Assembly (NCBI GenBank): GCA_944349415.1
Contig: CALVMX010000001.1
Coordinates: 45,677-109,676, forward strand
From: an uncultured Clostridia bacterium
GTDB lineage: Bacteria; Bacillota; Clostridia; Christensenellales; UBA1242
Length of the DNA: 64,000 bases
Direction of reading: 5' to 3'
The notes under the pieces are model-generated. The model ran no database searches. It saw nothing but the letters and a program-made list of their open reading frames with translations, and was not told where the DNA came from. This document shows positions 55,591 to 64,000 of the stretch, piece by piece; position 1 is the first letter of the stretch; every line of letters starts with the position of its first letter. The position numbers and the translations under genes are program-made.

Positions 55591-56967
55591 TTAAAATTTG
55601 ATTTTTTCTGCAATGTATGATGTCAAAGCTTCTATTTTAAGTCTTATTTGTTCCATACTGTCTCTATCACGAACTGTGACTGTATCATCTTCCAGTGTGT
55701 CAAAATCGATTGTGACGCAGAAAGGAGTTCCTATTTCGTCTTGACGTCGATAGCGTTTTCCAATAGAGCCCGCTTCATCATAATCGCACATAAACTCTTT
55801 TGATAATTTTGCATAAACCTCTTTTGCTTTTTCACTCAAATTCTTTTGAAGTGGTAAAATGGCAACTTTGAAAGGTGCTAAAAATGGCTTAAAGTGCATA
55901 ACCACTCTAGTTTCGCCGTTGTCAAGTTTTTCTTCTTCGTAGGCTTCACTCATAACAGCAAGAGTTAATCTGTCCGCACCAATAGAATATTCTATAACAT
56001 TAGGAAGAAATTTTTCATTGGTGTAAGGATCCAAATATTCCATATTTTTTCCACTAAACTCTGAATGGCGTGATAAATCCCAATTTCCGCGGTGATGTAT
56101 ACCATTCAACTCTTGCCAACCAATTGGAAAATTGTATTGAATGTCGCATGCAGCCTTAGCATAGTGAGCAAGTTTCTCATGGTCATGGAAACGAAGATTT
56201 TCAGAGGAAAGCCCTAACTCTTCCACAAATTTCATTGCTCTATCTTTATAACTTTTATAAATTTCCATAGATTCATTTGGATGACAGAACATTTGAAGTT
56301 CCATTTGTTCAAACTCGACTGTTCGGAAGAGGAAATTGCCTGGAGTTATTTCATTTCTAAAAGATTTTCCAATTTGAGCAATAGCAAACGGCACCTTTGC
56401 GCGCATCGTTCTTTGAACATTTAAAAAGTTAACATATTCTCCTTGGCAAGTTTCTGGACGAAGATAAACCACATCCTTTTCTCCCTCAACTGTTCCACGG
56501 CTTGTTTCAAACATAAGCTTGAATTGACGAATAGGTGTCCAGTTAAAATTTCCACAATGAGGGCATTTAATTTTATGCTCATCAATAAACTTTTGCATCT
56601 CTTCTGTGGTCATTTTTTCAACATCAACATCTTTAAATTTTTCTTCAATTAAATTATCGGCACGAAAACGATATTTACAAGATTTACAGTCAAGTTGAGG
56701 ATCAGAAAAGCTTGCAACATGCCCACTTGCTTCCCAAACGCGTGGATTCATTAAAATGGCAGCATCCACACCGTATGCCGAAGGATCCTCTTGAACAAAT
56801 TTTTTCCACCACGCCTTTTTTATGTTGTTTTTGAGTTCGACTCCAACAGGTCCAAAATCCCAAGTGTTTGCAAATCCGCCATAGATTTCGCTACCTTGAA
56901 AAACAAATCCTCTTGATTTGCAAAGATTTACAAGTTTATCCATTGTTAAATTGTTATCCATTTCCAT
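55591..56967 (-). CDS. glyQS: Glycine--tRNA ligase (alpha2 GlyQS type)
   Basis: RGFVFQGSEIYGGFANTWDFGPVG, YLRPETCQG, and a C-terminal anticodon-binding domain. The start is at the ATG doublet 56967/56961 directly after AAAGGAG (the track start 57042 lies in the T-box leader and is rejected). Confidence 0.95.
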   Translation of the reverse strand: MEMDNNLTMDKLVNLCKSRGFVFQGSEIYGGFANTWDFGPVGVELKNNIKKAWWKKFVQEDPSAYGVDAAILMNPRVWEASGHVASFSDPQLDCKSCKYRFRADNLIEEKFKDVDVEKMTTEEMQKFIDEHKIKCPHCGNFNWTPIRQFKLMFETSRGTVEGEKDVVYLRPETCQGEYVNFLNVQRTMRAKVPFAIAQIGKSFRNEITPGNFLFRTVEFEQMELQMFCHPNESMEIYKSYKDRAMKFVEELGLSSENLRFHDHEKLAHYAKAACDIQYNFPIGWQELNGIHHRGNWDLSRHSEFSGKNMEYLDPYTNEKFLPNVIEYSIGADRLTLAVMSEAYEEEKLDNGETRVVMHFKPFLAPFKVAILPLQKNLSEKAKEVYAKLSKEFMCDYDEAGSIGKRYRRQDEIGTPFCVTIDFDTLEDDTVTVRDRDSMEQIRLKIEALTSYIAEKIKF

Positions 56968-57011
56968 CTCCTTTAAAATAAGAAATTTTCGTTTTTGTAT
57001 GCTATTTTTAC

Positions 57012-57170
57012 TTAATAAAAAAGCCCTATGCACTTTTTGCATAGGGGCGATTCCAACCGCTGTTCCACCCTATTTCGCAAATTTTCATTTGCCTCATTTT
57101 GCTGATTCGCCAGCATTTGCGTTTGACTCCAGAGTTGCCAATTCTTTCACAGTCAAAATAGCATTTTTCT
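57012..57170 (-). promoter_or_regulatory. T-box riboswitch leader (glycine) with terminator/antiterminator
   Basis: The minus strand reads AAATAGGGTGGAACAGCGGTTGGAATCGCCCCTATGCAAAAAGTGCATAGGGCTTTTTTATT. This holds the T-box sequence (57058..57075) with a UGGA bulge, then the terminator CCCTATGC/GCATAGGG (57024..57046) plus a U-run. Upstream GGC triplets are candidate specifiers. Confidence 0.85.
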
Positions 57171-57176
57171 ATTAAG

Positions 57177-57205
57177 ATTATAGACTAAAAAAAATTTTTT
57201 GTCAA
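57177..57205 (-). promoter_or_regulatory. Consensus sigma-A promoter of the glyQS T-box leader
   Basis: On the minus strand: TTGACA (57205..57200), a 17-nt spacer, TATAAT (57182..57177). Confidence 0.65.
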
Positions 57206-57254
57206 TTAAAGACAAATAAATTTACGGAAATTTAATATTTTTTTGAAAAATGTA

Positions 57255-57283
57255 TTGAAAATTCAAATTAAATAATATATAAT
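57255..57283 (+). promoter_or_regulatory. Sigma-A type promoter of CDS 57309..57809
   Basis: TTGAAA (57255..57260), a 17-nt spacer, TATAAT (57278..57283). Confidence 0.55.
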
Positions 57284-57308
57284 ATATGAATTAAAAGTGA
57301 GGCAAAAA

Positions 57309-57809
57309 ATGTTAAATAGTAAAAATAGAATAATTGAATTATTAAAGACCCTAAAAAGAATAGAAAAGAACGATAAAAGTCGCTTTTTTGCAGTTAATAA
57401 CTACAATAATTTTCTTGCTGACCTTAAAAGCGGTAATATTTTAAAAACTCTTGTTAGCAAAGGAGAAGTTTTTTTAACAGAAGAAAAGGATAACGGCGTT
57501 TTAGTAGAAACCCAATTTTTATTGAATACATTCTCAAAAAATGGCGATTTCTCTATTGAAGAAAGAAAAATAATGACACATCCTCTTCGAAAGAAAATAA
57601 CACGTAATCTTTTAGTAGAAAAAGTCAATAACACATATAAGCTTACTTTTTATTGCAAAGATTTATCAGGTTGCACTCATGAATTTGAAATTGATACAAA
57701 AAATCAAACTTTAAGTGAAGTGTCTACAATTCCAAAACAAAACTCAGTTTCAAGTGAAGATAAAAATAGACAATTTATTTCTAAATTACTCAATGGAAAA
57801 CAAGACTAA
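57309..57809 (+). CDS. Hypothetical protein (166 aa)
   Basis: GTGAGG RBS upstream of the ATG at 57309; no motif recognised. Confidence 0.55.
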   Translation: MLNSKNRIIELLKTLKRIEKNDKSRFFAVNNYNNFLADLKSGNILKTLVSKGEVFLTEEKDNGVLVETQFLLNTFSKNGDFSIEERKIMTHPLRKKITRNLLVEKVNNTYKLTFYCKDLSGCTHEFEIDTKNQTLSEVSTIPKQNSVSSEDKNRQFISKLLNGKQD

Positions 57810-57880
57810 CTTTTTTAAAAACTGAGTCACTTTGTCTAAACACAAAGACGCTTATAAATTTTTTAAATAATTTTTATCAC

Positions 57881-57914
57881 AAAAAAACAAGACTATAAAA
57901 AGTCTTGTTTTTTG
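57881..57914. terminator. Bidirectional intrinsic terminator between convergent genes
   Basis: AAAAAAACAAGACT-ATAAAA-AGTCTTGTTTTTT. Confidence 0.7.
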
Positions 57915-57936
57915 CATTAATACATCTAAATGTGTC

Positions 57937-58170
57937 TTAATCTATCCAAACAACTTTATCCCAAACTAGAATTGTGATGATATCAACAAGCCAGAAGATA
58001 ACAGGACAGAAGATAAGCATTAAGATAGCAAGGATAATTCCAAGAGCACTCTTTTTATCGATAGATCTGCAAAGACGATATACAGCCCAAACGATATCAA
58101 GAACAGGCAATGCTAAAATAACTTTCGCCCACTTTGGAAGTCCGTCCATAGCTCTAATAATATCTTTCAT
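57937..58170 (-). CDS. Small two-TM membrane protein (77 aa)
   Basis: AAGGAGGG RBS upstream of the ATG at 58170. Hydrophobic segments WAKVILALPVLDIVWAVY and GIILAILMLIFCPVIFWLVDIITILVW. Confidence 0.6.
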   Translation of the reverse strand: MKDIIRAMDGLPKWAKVILALPVLDIVWAVYRLCRSIDKKSALGIILAILMLIFCPVIFWLVDIITILVWDKVVWID

Positions 58171-58224
58171 AGTTCCCTCCTTTTTTAATTTTATATATGT
58201 TGGCATTTGCCACTATAGAACATT

Positions 58225-58950
58225 TCAACTTCTTTTAGTTAAAAATGTCCAGCCAAGCATCGTCCTAAACAAGCTTCCCCAATAGGTCAGCCTTGCAGAA
58301 TCTAAAAATTCTTTACAAATTTTCAGTTCTTCTCCGCCTAGAAACTCGCCCAGCACTTCGATGGCGTATTTGGAAGCACCTTTCTCAATTTTAATTTCCA
58401 AATATTTGATATATATGGCTACTAAAAATATGAGAAAGCTTACTCCAAAAAGTCCAATGCCAATATACACTACATAAAACGGCAAAACGTTGACAAGACC
58501 TAGAATGGAAAATACTAAACCTAAAATAATGAAAGGCAGAAAAAATTTTCCAATAATCCGATTTTGCTTTCTTTTTTGCCAAAGGCGTGTGAGTTCTCCT
58601 TTTTCATATTGAATAGCATGGCCTAACTCGTGGCTTACAGTGGATAGTGAGGCAAGACTATTTGACCTTTTTGTGCTTGGACTTAGTGCGATTACTCCAG
58701 GGCTGAAATGGTCCTGATACTCCTCGCAAGTTTCAATTCGCAAGCTACCGTTTAAGTGGTTGTCAATAACCTCTTCCACAAAGTCCTCCACTGCCATGTT
58801 GGCTGAATTGCCATAACTCATTGCTTCCTCGCGTTTTTCTTTGAAGTTTTCAAAAGAAAAATTTGCAACCGCAAGGCAAAAGCATAATAAAAGTAGCAAA
58901 ACAACACCTATTCCTACGACTATATACACCCACATATATATATTATACAA
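58225..58950 (-). CDS. Membrane zinc metallopeptidase (YugP / Zn_peptidase_2-like)
   Basis: HELGHAIQ zinc-binding motif, an N-terminal TM, and two or three C-terminal TM helices. Confidence 0.7.
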   Translation of the reverse strand: MYNIYMWVYIVVGIGVVLLLLLCFCLAVANFSFENFKEKREEAMSYGNSANMAVEDFVEEVIDNHLNGSLRIETCEEYQDHFSPGVIALSPSTKRSNSLASLSTVSHELGHAIQYEKGELTRLWQKRKQNRIIGKFFLPFIILGLVFSILGLVNVLPFYVVYIGIGLFGVSFLIFLVAIYIKYLEIKIEKGASKYAIEVLGEFLGGEELKICKEFLDSARLTYWGSLFRTMLGWTFLTKRS

Positions 58951-58973
58951 CGCTTTTTCTTAAATTGCAAATT

Positions 58974-60872
58974 TTATGCAGTGGAAATCAAAATTGTTTC
59001 GCCTTCATAACAAATTGTGCCAGCAGGTGGCAACTGCCCAGTGACTATTCCTCCGTCGCCATCTATTTCATAATACAAATTTGACATTTTTAAGGTGGCG
59101 AGAGCATTTGCGAGGCTTTGACCAATTAAATTTGGCATGACCACTTCCACTCTTTTTGCCGATTCATCATCTTTAGGCTGGTCAAGATATTCAAAAAGTG
59201 CGGAGAAAAATTCCTTGCCATAAGGTGCTGCGACAATAGAACCATAGTATACTCCTGCACTTGGTTCGTCCACCATAATCATAAAAATATATTCTGGTTC
59301 GTCTGCAGGATACGTGCCTATAAAACTTGAAATATATTTTCCTTGTGCAATTTGTCCATTTTCGCCATACTTTTGTGCTGTTCCTGTCTTGCCTCCGATA
59401 TTATACCCCTCCACAAAAGTGTAATCTCCAGTTTTGTTTGTGGTAAGCTTAAGAAAAGAATTAATTATTTCACTTGTGCTTTCTGAAATCAACATCTTTG
59501 TTGTTACAGTTGGAGTGAAAGTGGTCGTTCCATAAACATCGTCGATTTTTTCCACTATAGTAGGAGTGTTATAAACTCCGCCATTTGTTATTGCTGTGAC
59601 AATGGAAAGAAGTTGAATAGGAGTTACCGCAATGGCATGACCAAAGCCCATACGAGCAAGGTCGACGGTCTTAACATTTTCCTTTGACATAACAATTCCA
59701 GAACTTTCACCCTGAACAGTAATGCCAGTTTTCGTGCCTATACCAAATTTTTCCAAATATTCATAAAATTTATCCACTCCAAGTCTTAAAGCCAAATCGA
59801 TAAAACAACAGTTACAAGAATTTGAGAAGGCCTCTGCAAGAGTTTGTGTGCCATGCCCAATAGTTTTCCAACATTTAATCTTTTGCCCGTCCACTATGCG
59901 ATAACCTGGACAATAGAAGGTATCATCAAGAGAGACAACTCCCTCTTCAAGAGCAGCAGCAACGGTCAAAATTTTGAAAGTTGAACCAGGCTCAAAAGTG
60001 TCGGTGACCGCACTCATACGCGAATAATTAAATAAAGTTTCTAAATCATCACGAGGCACTTCATTTAAATCAAAACTAGGCTTAGAAGATATGGCAAGCA
60101 CCTTCCCTGTTTTTGCTTCCATAACCATTCCTGTGACCGCTTTAGCTTCTTGCTCTTCAAACGCTTTTTCTAGAACATTTTCTAGAATTATTTGAATTTT
60201 ACTGTCGATAGTAAGTTTTATATCGTCGCCAGCCACTCCTTGAACATAGTATCTTAAACTTCCTCCAATTTCTTTGCCTTGAAGGTCGCTTTGCACATAA
60301 CTATAGCCGTCAACACCAGTTAAATAATCATTAAAATAGGCTTCGACTCCAGACTGACCTGTTCCGTCGATGCTAGTAAATCCTAAAAGTTGAGTTAATA
60401 GGTCTCCATAGACATAATAACGTCCCACATTTTCAGAAAGATAGACTCCGTCCAGTTTTAGATTATAAATTTCTTCTGCTACATCGCTTTCCACTTGCAT
60501 TTTCAACAAACTTTCCGAGATATTTTTGTTTGAAACTTTTTTAAAAGTGCTTTCATAATTTAAATCTAAGAGTGTAGCCAATTTTTGAGCTGTATCTTCG
60601 GCATCTTCCACTTCTCTACCACGCACATAGACGTTGTAGGTTGTGTAAGATACGGCAAGCGTATCGCCTGTTGAATCATATATTGTTCCACGAGGTGCGG
60701 TCAAGGATAAATCTCGCGTCCATTGATCAGTAGCGCGTATTTGGAGAGTTTTTCCATTTATTATTTGAACAATAAAAAGCCTCACACCTAAAGTCAATGC
60801 GAGAAGAATTAAAACTAAACATACTGCTAAAATTCTCTTTTGCATTGAATATAAGGTGTAAGGCGTCTTCAT
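58974..60872 (-). CDS. Class B penicillin-binding protein (PBP2B/SpoVD/FtsI type) with C-terminal PASTA domain
   Basis: N-terminal TM. SxxK (GSTFK), SxN (SNS), KTG (GGKTGTA). A PASTA-like C-terminus. Position in the dcw cluster. Confidence 0.9.
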   Translation of the reverse strand: MKTPYTLYSMQKRILAVCLVLILLALTLGVRLFIVQIINGKTLQIRATDQWTRDLSLTAPRGTIYDSTGDTLAVSYTTYNVYVRGREVEDAEDTAQKLATLLDLNYESTFKKVSNKNISESLLKMQVESDVAEEIYNLKLDGVYLSENVGRYYVYGDLLTQLLGFTSIDGTGQSGVEAYFNDYLTGVDGYSYVQSDLQGKEIGGSLRYYVQGVAGDDIKLTIDSKIQIILENVLEKAFEEQEAKAVTGMVMEAKTGKVLAISSKPSFDLNEVPRDDLETLFNYSRMSAVTDTFEPGSTFKILTVAAALEEGVVSLDDTFYCPGYRIVDGQKIKCWKTIGHGTQTLAEAFSNSCNCCFIDLALRLGVDKFYEYLEKFGIGTKTGITVQGESSGIVMSKENVKTVDLARMGFGHAIAVTPIQLLSIVTAITNGGVYNTPTIVEKIDDVYGTTTFTPTVTTKMLISESTSEIINSFLKLTTNKTGDYTFVEGYNIGGKTGTAQKYGENGQIAQGKYISSFIGTYPADEPEYIFMIMVDEPSAGVYYGSIVAAPYGKEFFSALFEYLDQPKDDESAKRVEVVMPNLIGQSLANALATLKMSNLYYEIDGDGGIVTGQLPPAGTICYEGETILISTA

Positions 60873-61652
60873 TTACCCTCCAAATATTCCTGCTATGAAA
60901 TTCGTCAAATTATCAAACCAGTTTGAAGTCTCGCCAATAGATGACGGATCGTTCAAATCTTCAGGATAAGTTTCAAGAAAGTCCATACTGCTGTTGGTGG
61001 CGTTTAAATTGCTTATGTTTCTTAAGTAGGTGACAAGATTTAAGCTGTATTCATCTTGAAGTTCGATGTAAGAAGATTGCATATTGTCGATGACAACTGA
61101 GCCTGCCACACATCCGACAGTAGCTACTGCAAGCGCACAAGCCACTGCCACCGTTTTTAACTTGCTTTTTTTAGCTTTCTTTTCTTTTCCTTTTTTCTCT
61201 GGAATAAAATCATAATTTGGTCTTTCAATAACAAGTTTTTTGACAGGCTTTTCTTCTTCAGTCTCTACAGCTATCTCTGCTTGTGGCTCTATTTGAGATC
61301 TTTCTTCTTCCACAAACTTTTCTAAAATTTCCTGTTTTTCTTTTTTTACCTTTTCTTTCTCTTGCTGTTCAATTTCTTTTTTAACATCAGAAATGGTTAA
61401 GTTTTCAAAATTAGAAACATAGGAATTGATAGGCTCCGCTTGTTGCGATTCTTGCTCGGCCTCTTCTTCCGCTTCCTCTACTTTTAAGTTCTCAGGATCT
61501 TCTTGCTTGTTTTCCACCACAAAAGAAATTGCTTGCCTTTGTATGCTTTCCTTTTTTAAGGAAATCTTTTTCTCATGCACTTTTTCTGAGGCTACAGCTT
61601 CTTCTTTAATAGTTTCCTTTGTCTCTTCCACTAAAGTTTTAGACCTGTCCAT
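60873..61652 (-). CDS. Bitopic membrane protein in the FtsL position, with a long Glu/Lys-rich cytoplasmic N-terminus (259 aa)
   Basis: Lies between rsmH and the PBP gene (the stop abuts the PBP start, TAAATG). A single TM, TVAVACALAVATVGCVAGSVVI. I recognised no clear FtsL leucine zipper. Confidence 0.5.
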   Translation of the reverse strand: MDRSKTLVEETKETIKEEAVASEKVHEKKISLKKESIQRQAISFVVENKQEDPENLKVEEAEEEAEQESQQAEPINSYVSNFENLTISDVKKEIEQQEKEKVKKEKQEILEKFVEEERSQIEPQAEIAVETEEEKPVKKLVIERPNYDFIPEKKGKEKKAKKSKLKTVAVACALAVATVGCVAGSVVIDNMQSSYIELQDEYSLNLVTYLRNISNLNATNSSMDFLETYPEDLNDPSSIGETSNWFDNLTNFIAGIFGG

Positions 61653-61699
61653 AATAATATATTAACCTCCTTAGCTTTTTATGATTTAATAAAACCTAA

Positions 61700-62635
61700 C
61701 TAAATCCTTTCAACTATACGAAGTTTTGCCGAAGTTGAGCGAGAGTTTTCTTTCTGTTCTTCTTCGCTCGCCATAATTGGTTTTTTGTTTACGAGCTTTA
61801 TTTTTGCTTTATGATGACATATACAAATAGGAGTTTTTGGCGGGCATATGCAGTCGGAGCTTTCTAGCTTGAACACATTTTTGACGATTCTATCTTCAAG
61901 ACTATGGAATGTCAAAACCGCCATTCTTCCATCCGCGCCTAAAAGCTCAATAAAAGCTTCCAAACATTTGTCTAATTCATTAAGTTCTTCATTTACTTCA
62001 ATTCTAAGTGCCTGAAAAACTTTTTTGCTTGCTCCTCCACGACTGTATACAACTTTTTTCGGCAAACTATTTTCAATTATGTCACGAAGCTCAAAGGTGG
62101 TTTCAATTTTTTTTGTTTCTCTTGCTTTCACAATGTTTTTAGCGATAACCTTTGAAAATTCCTCCTCGCCATATTTGAAGAAGATATCTCTAAGCTTTTC
62201 TTCACTATATGTATTGACAATATCGTAAGCCGTCAAAGTATCTTCATCCTGTCCCATTCGCATATCAAGTTTGCCATTATGAAGAAAACTAAAACCCCTC
62301 TTGCCTTCGTCTATTTGATAGGAACTAATACCTAAATCAATAAGCACGCCGTCCACTTTTTCGACACCATTTTCTCGTAAAAAGTTTGGAGCATCTTTAT
62401 AGTTCATTTTGGTCAAAACAACATTATCTTCAAATTTTTGCAACCTTTTTCGGCTGGCCTCTATGGCCTCTTCATCTCTGTCAAAGCCATAGAGTTTGCC
62501 TTTTCTTAATTTTTTTGCAATTTCAAACGAATGCCCTGCTCCGCCAATAGTGCAGTCAACATATATTCCGTCTGGATTTATTTTCAGCCCGTCCATAACC
62601 TCTTTGAGCATAATCGGTGTATGTTTAAATTCCAC
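61700..62635 (-). CDS. rsmH: 16S rRNA (cytosine1402-N4)-methyltransferase
   Basis: HTPIMLKEV, DCTIGGAGHS, DLGISSYQID. GTG start directly after the upstream stop. Confidence 0.95.
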   Translation of the reverse strand: MEFKHTPIMLKEVMDGLKINPDGIYVDCTIGGAGHSFEIAKKLRKGKLYGFDRDEEAIEASRKRLQKFEDNVVLTKMNYKDAPNFLRENGVEKVDGVLIDLGISSYQIDEGKRGFSFLHNGKLDMRMGQDEDTLTAYDIVNTYSEEKLRDIFFKYGEEEFSKVIAKNIVKARETKKIETTFELRDIIENSLPKKVVYSRGGASKKVFQALRIEVNEELNELDKCLEAFIELLGADGRMAVLTFHSLEDRIVKNVFKLESSDCICPPKTPICICHHKAKIKLVNKKPIMASEEEQKENSRSTSAKLRIVERI

Positions 62636-64000
62636 TTAAGCCCCCGTAACATTTAGACCAAAAAGGTCTTTGAGACCTGCCAAAGCATCTTGGACTTCTT
62701 GTGACAGACTTTCGCTATTGTTCGCTATATAGTCATCAATAGCTTGTGAAACTTCTTCCGCCTGTTCGGTAATTTGAGCTTTTTGCTCTTCCGTCAGAAC
62801 TACATCCACAATTTCAGTAGCCTTATCAACTATTTTTTGAGGATTTTCGATAGTCTCTAAAGTATCTTTAAGGTTTGTCACGAATTCTTCTCTTCCTTCA
62901 GTTGTTGTAAGGTCAGCATTTGTCAAATTCTCAACAATTTGATTTCCAAGTTTGATAAAGTCAACAAGTGAAGAAATTTCCTCGCTAAAATTAAGTTTAT
63001 AATATCCGTTTTCAATGTCCTCAACACCAAAATATTCTCTCACTTTGTCTGCATATTCAAATGAAGTTTCCCCTCTTGGTTGGTATGTAGGCTCGTTGAA
63101 ATCAATTTCGTCGCCTGTTATATACCAAACAAAATTAATATAAATTTCTTTAAACACTCCATTTTGTGCAGAGGTTTTTAATGTATCAAGCACTGTTCCT
63201 ATTGCTGTGAATGGTTCAAGAAGATCAGCGTCTGGATCTGTAAAGATGCCCTCGTCGAGAGCGGACAAGGTGTCGAGAGAGGATATTAAGGTTGTGATAA
63301 CATTGATATATTCTGTTTTTTGAGTATATAGATTTGATATATTTGTTATCGGTTTAACACCTGTGAACTCGCCAACTTGTGTATCAAGCATATCAAAAAT
63401 AGTTACGTTAATTGGATTATACATTTCGTTTCCAAAAATTATGTTGAGAAGTTTTTCCACCGCACCATTTTCATTCATAGTTTTGATAAGTTCGAAATAG
63501 TCTGCACCGTCTGAAAGCATATATTCAAGATAAGTTTTAGGTTCGCTTTGGCCTGCCACTTCCATTTCTCCGTCATTTAAACTGTCAATAAGTTCAGCGA
63601 CAGAGACAAGTCTTGCTTCCCAAGTCTCATAGTTTTCGGTTTCTGCAGTTGTTTCAAGGTCGACATATTCGCCGAGATTTTCCTTGAGCATATCCACCAC
63701 TGTGTCAAACACGAGTTCCTTTAATGTGCTGTCTTGAATTGTCATTTCATCAAGTTCATAGAATGGCATCAAAATGTCAGCAAGGAAATGATAGTTTTCG
63801 TCGCCTTCTGCCTCAGTTCCACTGATGTTTGTCGTCATTATATCTAAAATCGTGTCAAAATCTACACCGTCTTGAAGTAAATCAGTAAGCCCGCTGGAAA
63901 TTATAAGATCGACAGGTTGACTTAAATATTCAAACACTCCTTCATAGGTTGATAAAACAACTTCTTGTTCCTCACCACCTGTTCTATCTATAACAGTGTC
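62636..64000 (-). CDS. Acidic helical protein, 5' end outside the window (at least 454 aa)
   Basis: The reading frame stays open from the track start (GTG at 63937) up to nt 64000 (DTVIDRTGGEEQEVVLSTYEG...), so the gene probably continues beyond the window. Very D/E/T-rich; no motif recognised. Confidence 0.6.
   Translation of the reverse strand, partial: DTVIDRTGGEEQEVVLSTYEGVFEYLSQPVDLIISSGLTDLLQDGVDFDTILDIMTTNISGTEAEGDENYHFLADILMPFYELDEMTIQDSTLKELVFDTVVDMLKENLGEYVDLETTAETENYETWEARLVSVAELIDSLNDGEMEVAGQSEPKTYLEYMLSDGADYFELIKTMNENGAVEKLLNIIFGNEMYNPINVTIFDMLDTQVGEFTGVKPITNISNLYTQKTEYINVITTLISSLDTLSALDEGIFTDPDADLLEPFTAIGTVLDTLKTSAQNGVFKEIYINFVWYITGDEIDFNEPTYQPRGETSFEYADKVREYFGVEDIENGYYKLNFSEEISSLVDFIKLGNQIVENLTNADLTTTEGREEFVTNLKDTLETIENPQKIVDKATEIVDVVLTEEQKAQITEQAEEVSQAIDDYIANNSESLSQEVQDALAGLKDLFGLNVTGA

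Noticed and set aside
56968-57042. N-terminal extensions offered by the ORF track, including glyQS to 57042. Others: nrdD to 30248, giant gene to 52042, ABC-F from 52352, bPH gene to 26036, small membrane protein to 58206, CDS from 57297, DivIC-like gene from 7247.
   Set aside because: In each case a downstream ATG has a proper GGAGG-type RBS at 5-9 nt. The extension either overlaps a regulatory element (T-box leader, promoter) or a neighbouring gene, or encodes implausible sequence.

Overview
AT-rich (roughly 30-35% GC by eye, not computed) Bacillota-type chromosomal segment, read with the standard genetic code. I call 44 protein genes (37 on the minus strand), one tRNA-Ala, one glycine T-box leader, and several textbook sigma-A promoters and intrinsic terminators. 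I found no CRISPR array, transposase, integrase or rRNA. Housekeeping content: pflB-pflA, nrdD-nrdG, dut, glyQS, a partial dcw cluster (rsmH, an FtsL-slot protein, a class B PBP), yabP-yabQ plus a DivIC-like gene, cvpA, an RluA-family synthase, a heterodimeric ABC exporter pair, a YbiT/YkpA-like ABC-F, an SDR, cls and a YugP-like Zn peptidase. The stand-out region is a tightly packed seven-gene minus-strand operon (16079..23789). It encodes a YdjI-like SPFH protein with a double zinc ribbon, a TM coiled-coil protein, a small TPR-like protein, two Snf7/CHMP-like (ESCRT-III superfamily) proteins (one with a MIM-like C-terminal helix), a MIT-domain Vps4-type AAA+ ATPase, and a 1252-aa Zn-ribbon/3-TM/GLUG-repeat protein. 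I read this as a candidate bacterial ESCRT-III/Vps4-like membrane-remodelling system. Other notable items are listed below.
- A 5054-aa N-terminally anchored giant protein, translationally coupled to cardiolipin synthase.
- A second surface lipoprotein of at least 1700 aa, cut by the window edge.
- An orphan VirD4/TraG-type coupling protein.
- A 69-aa miniprotein with 14 Cys and 14 Gly.
- An 81-nt nested perfect palindrome (four-way junction) containing a NotI site.
- Iteron-like direct repeats 3' of the tRNA.
All family assignments come from motif recognition by eye; no database search was possible.
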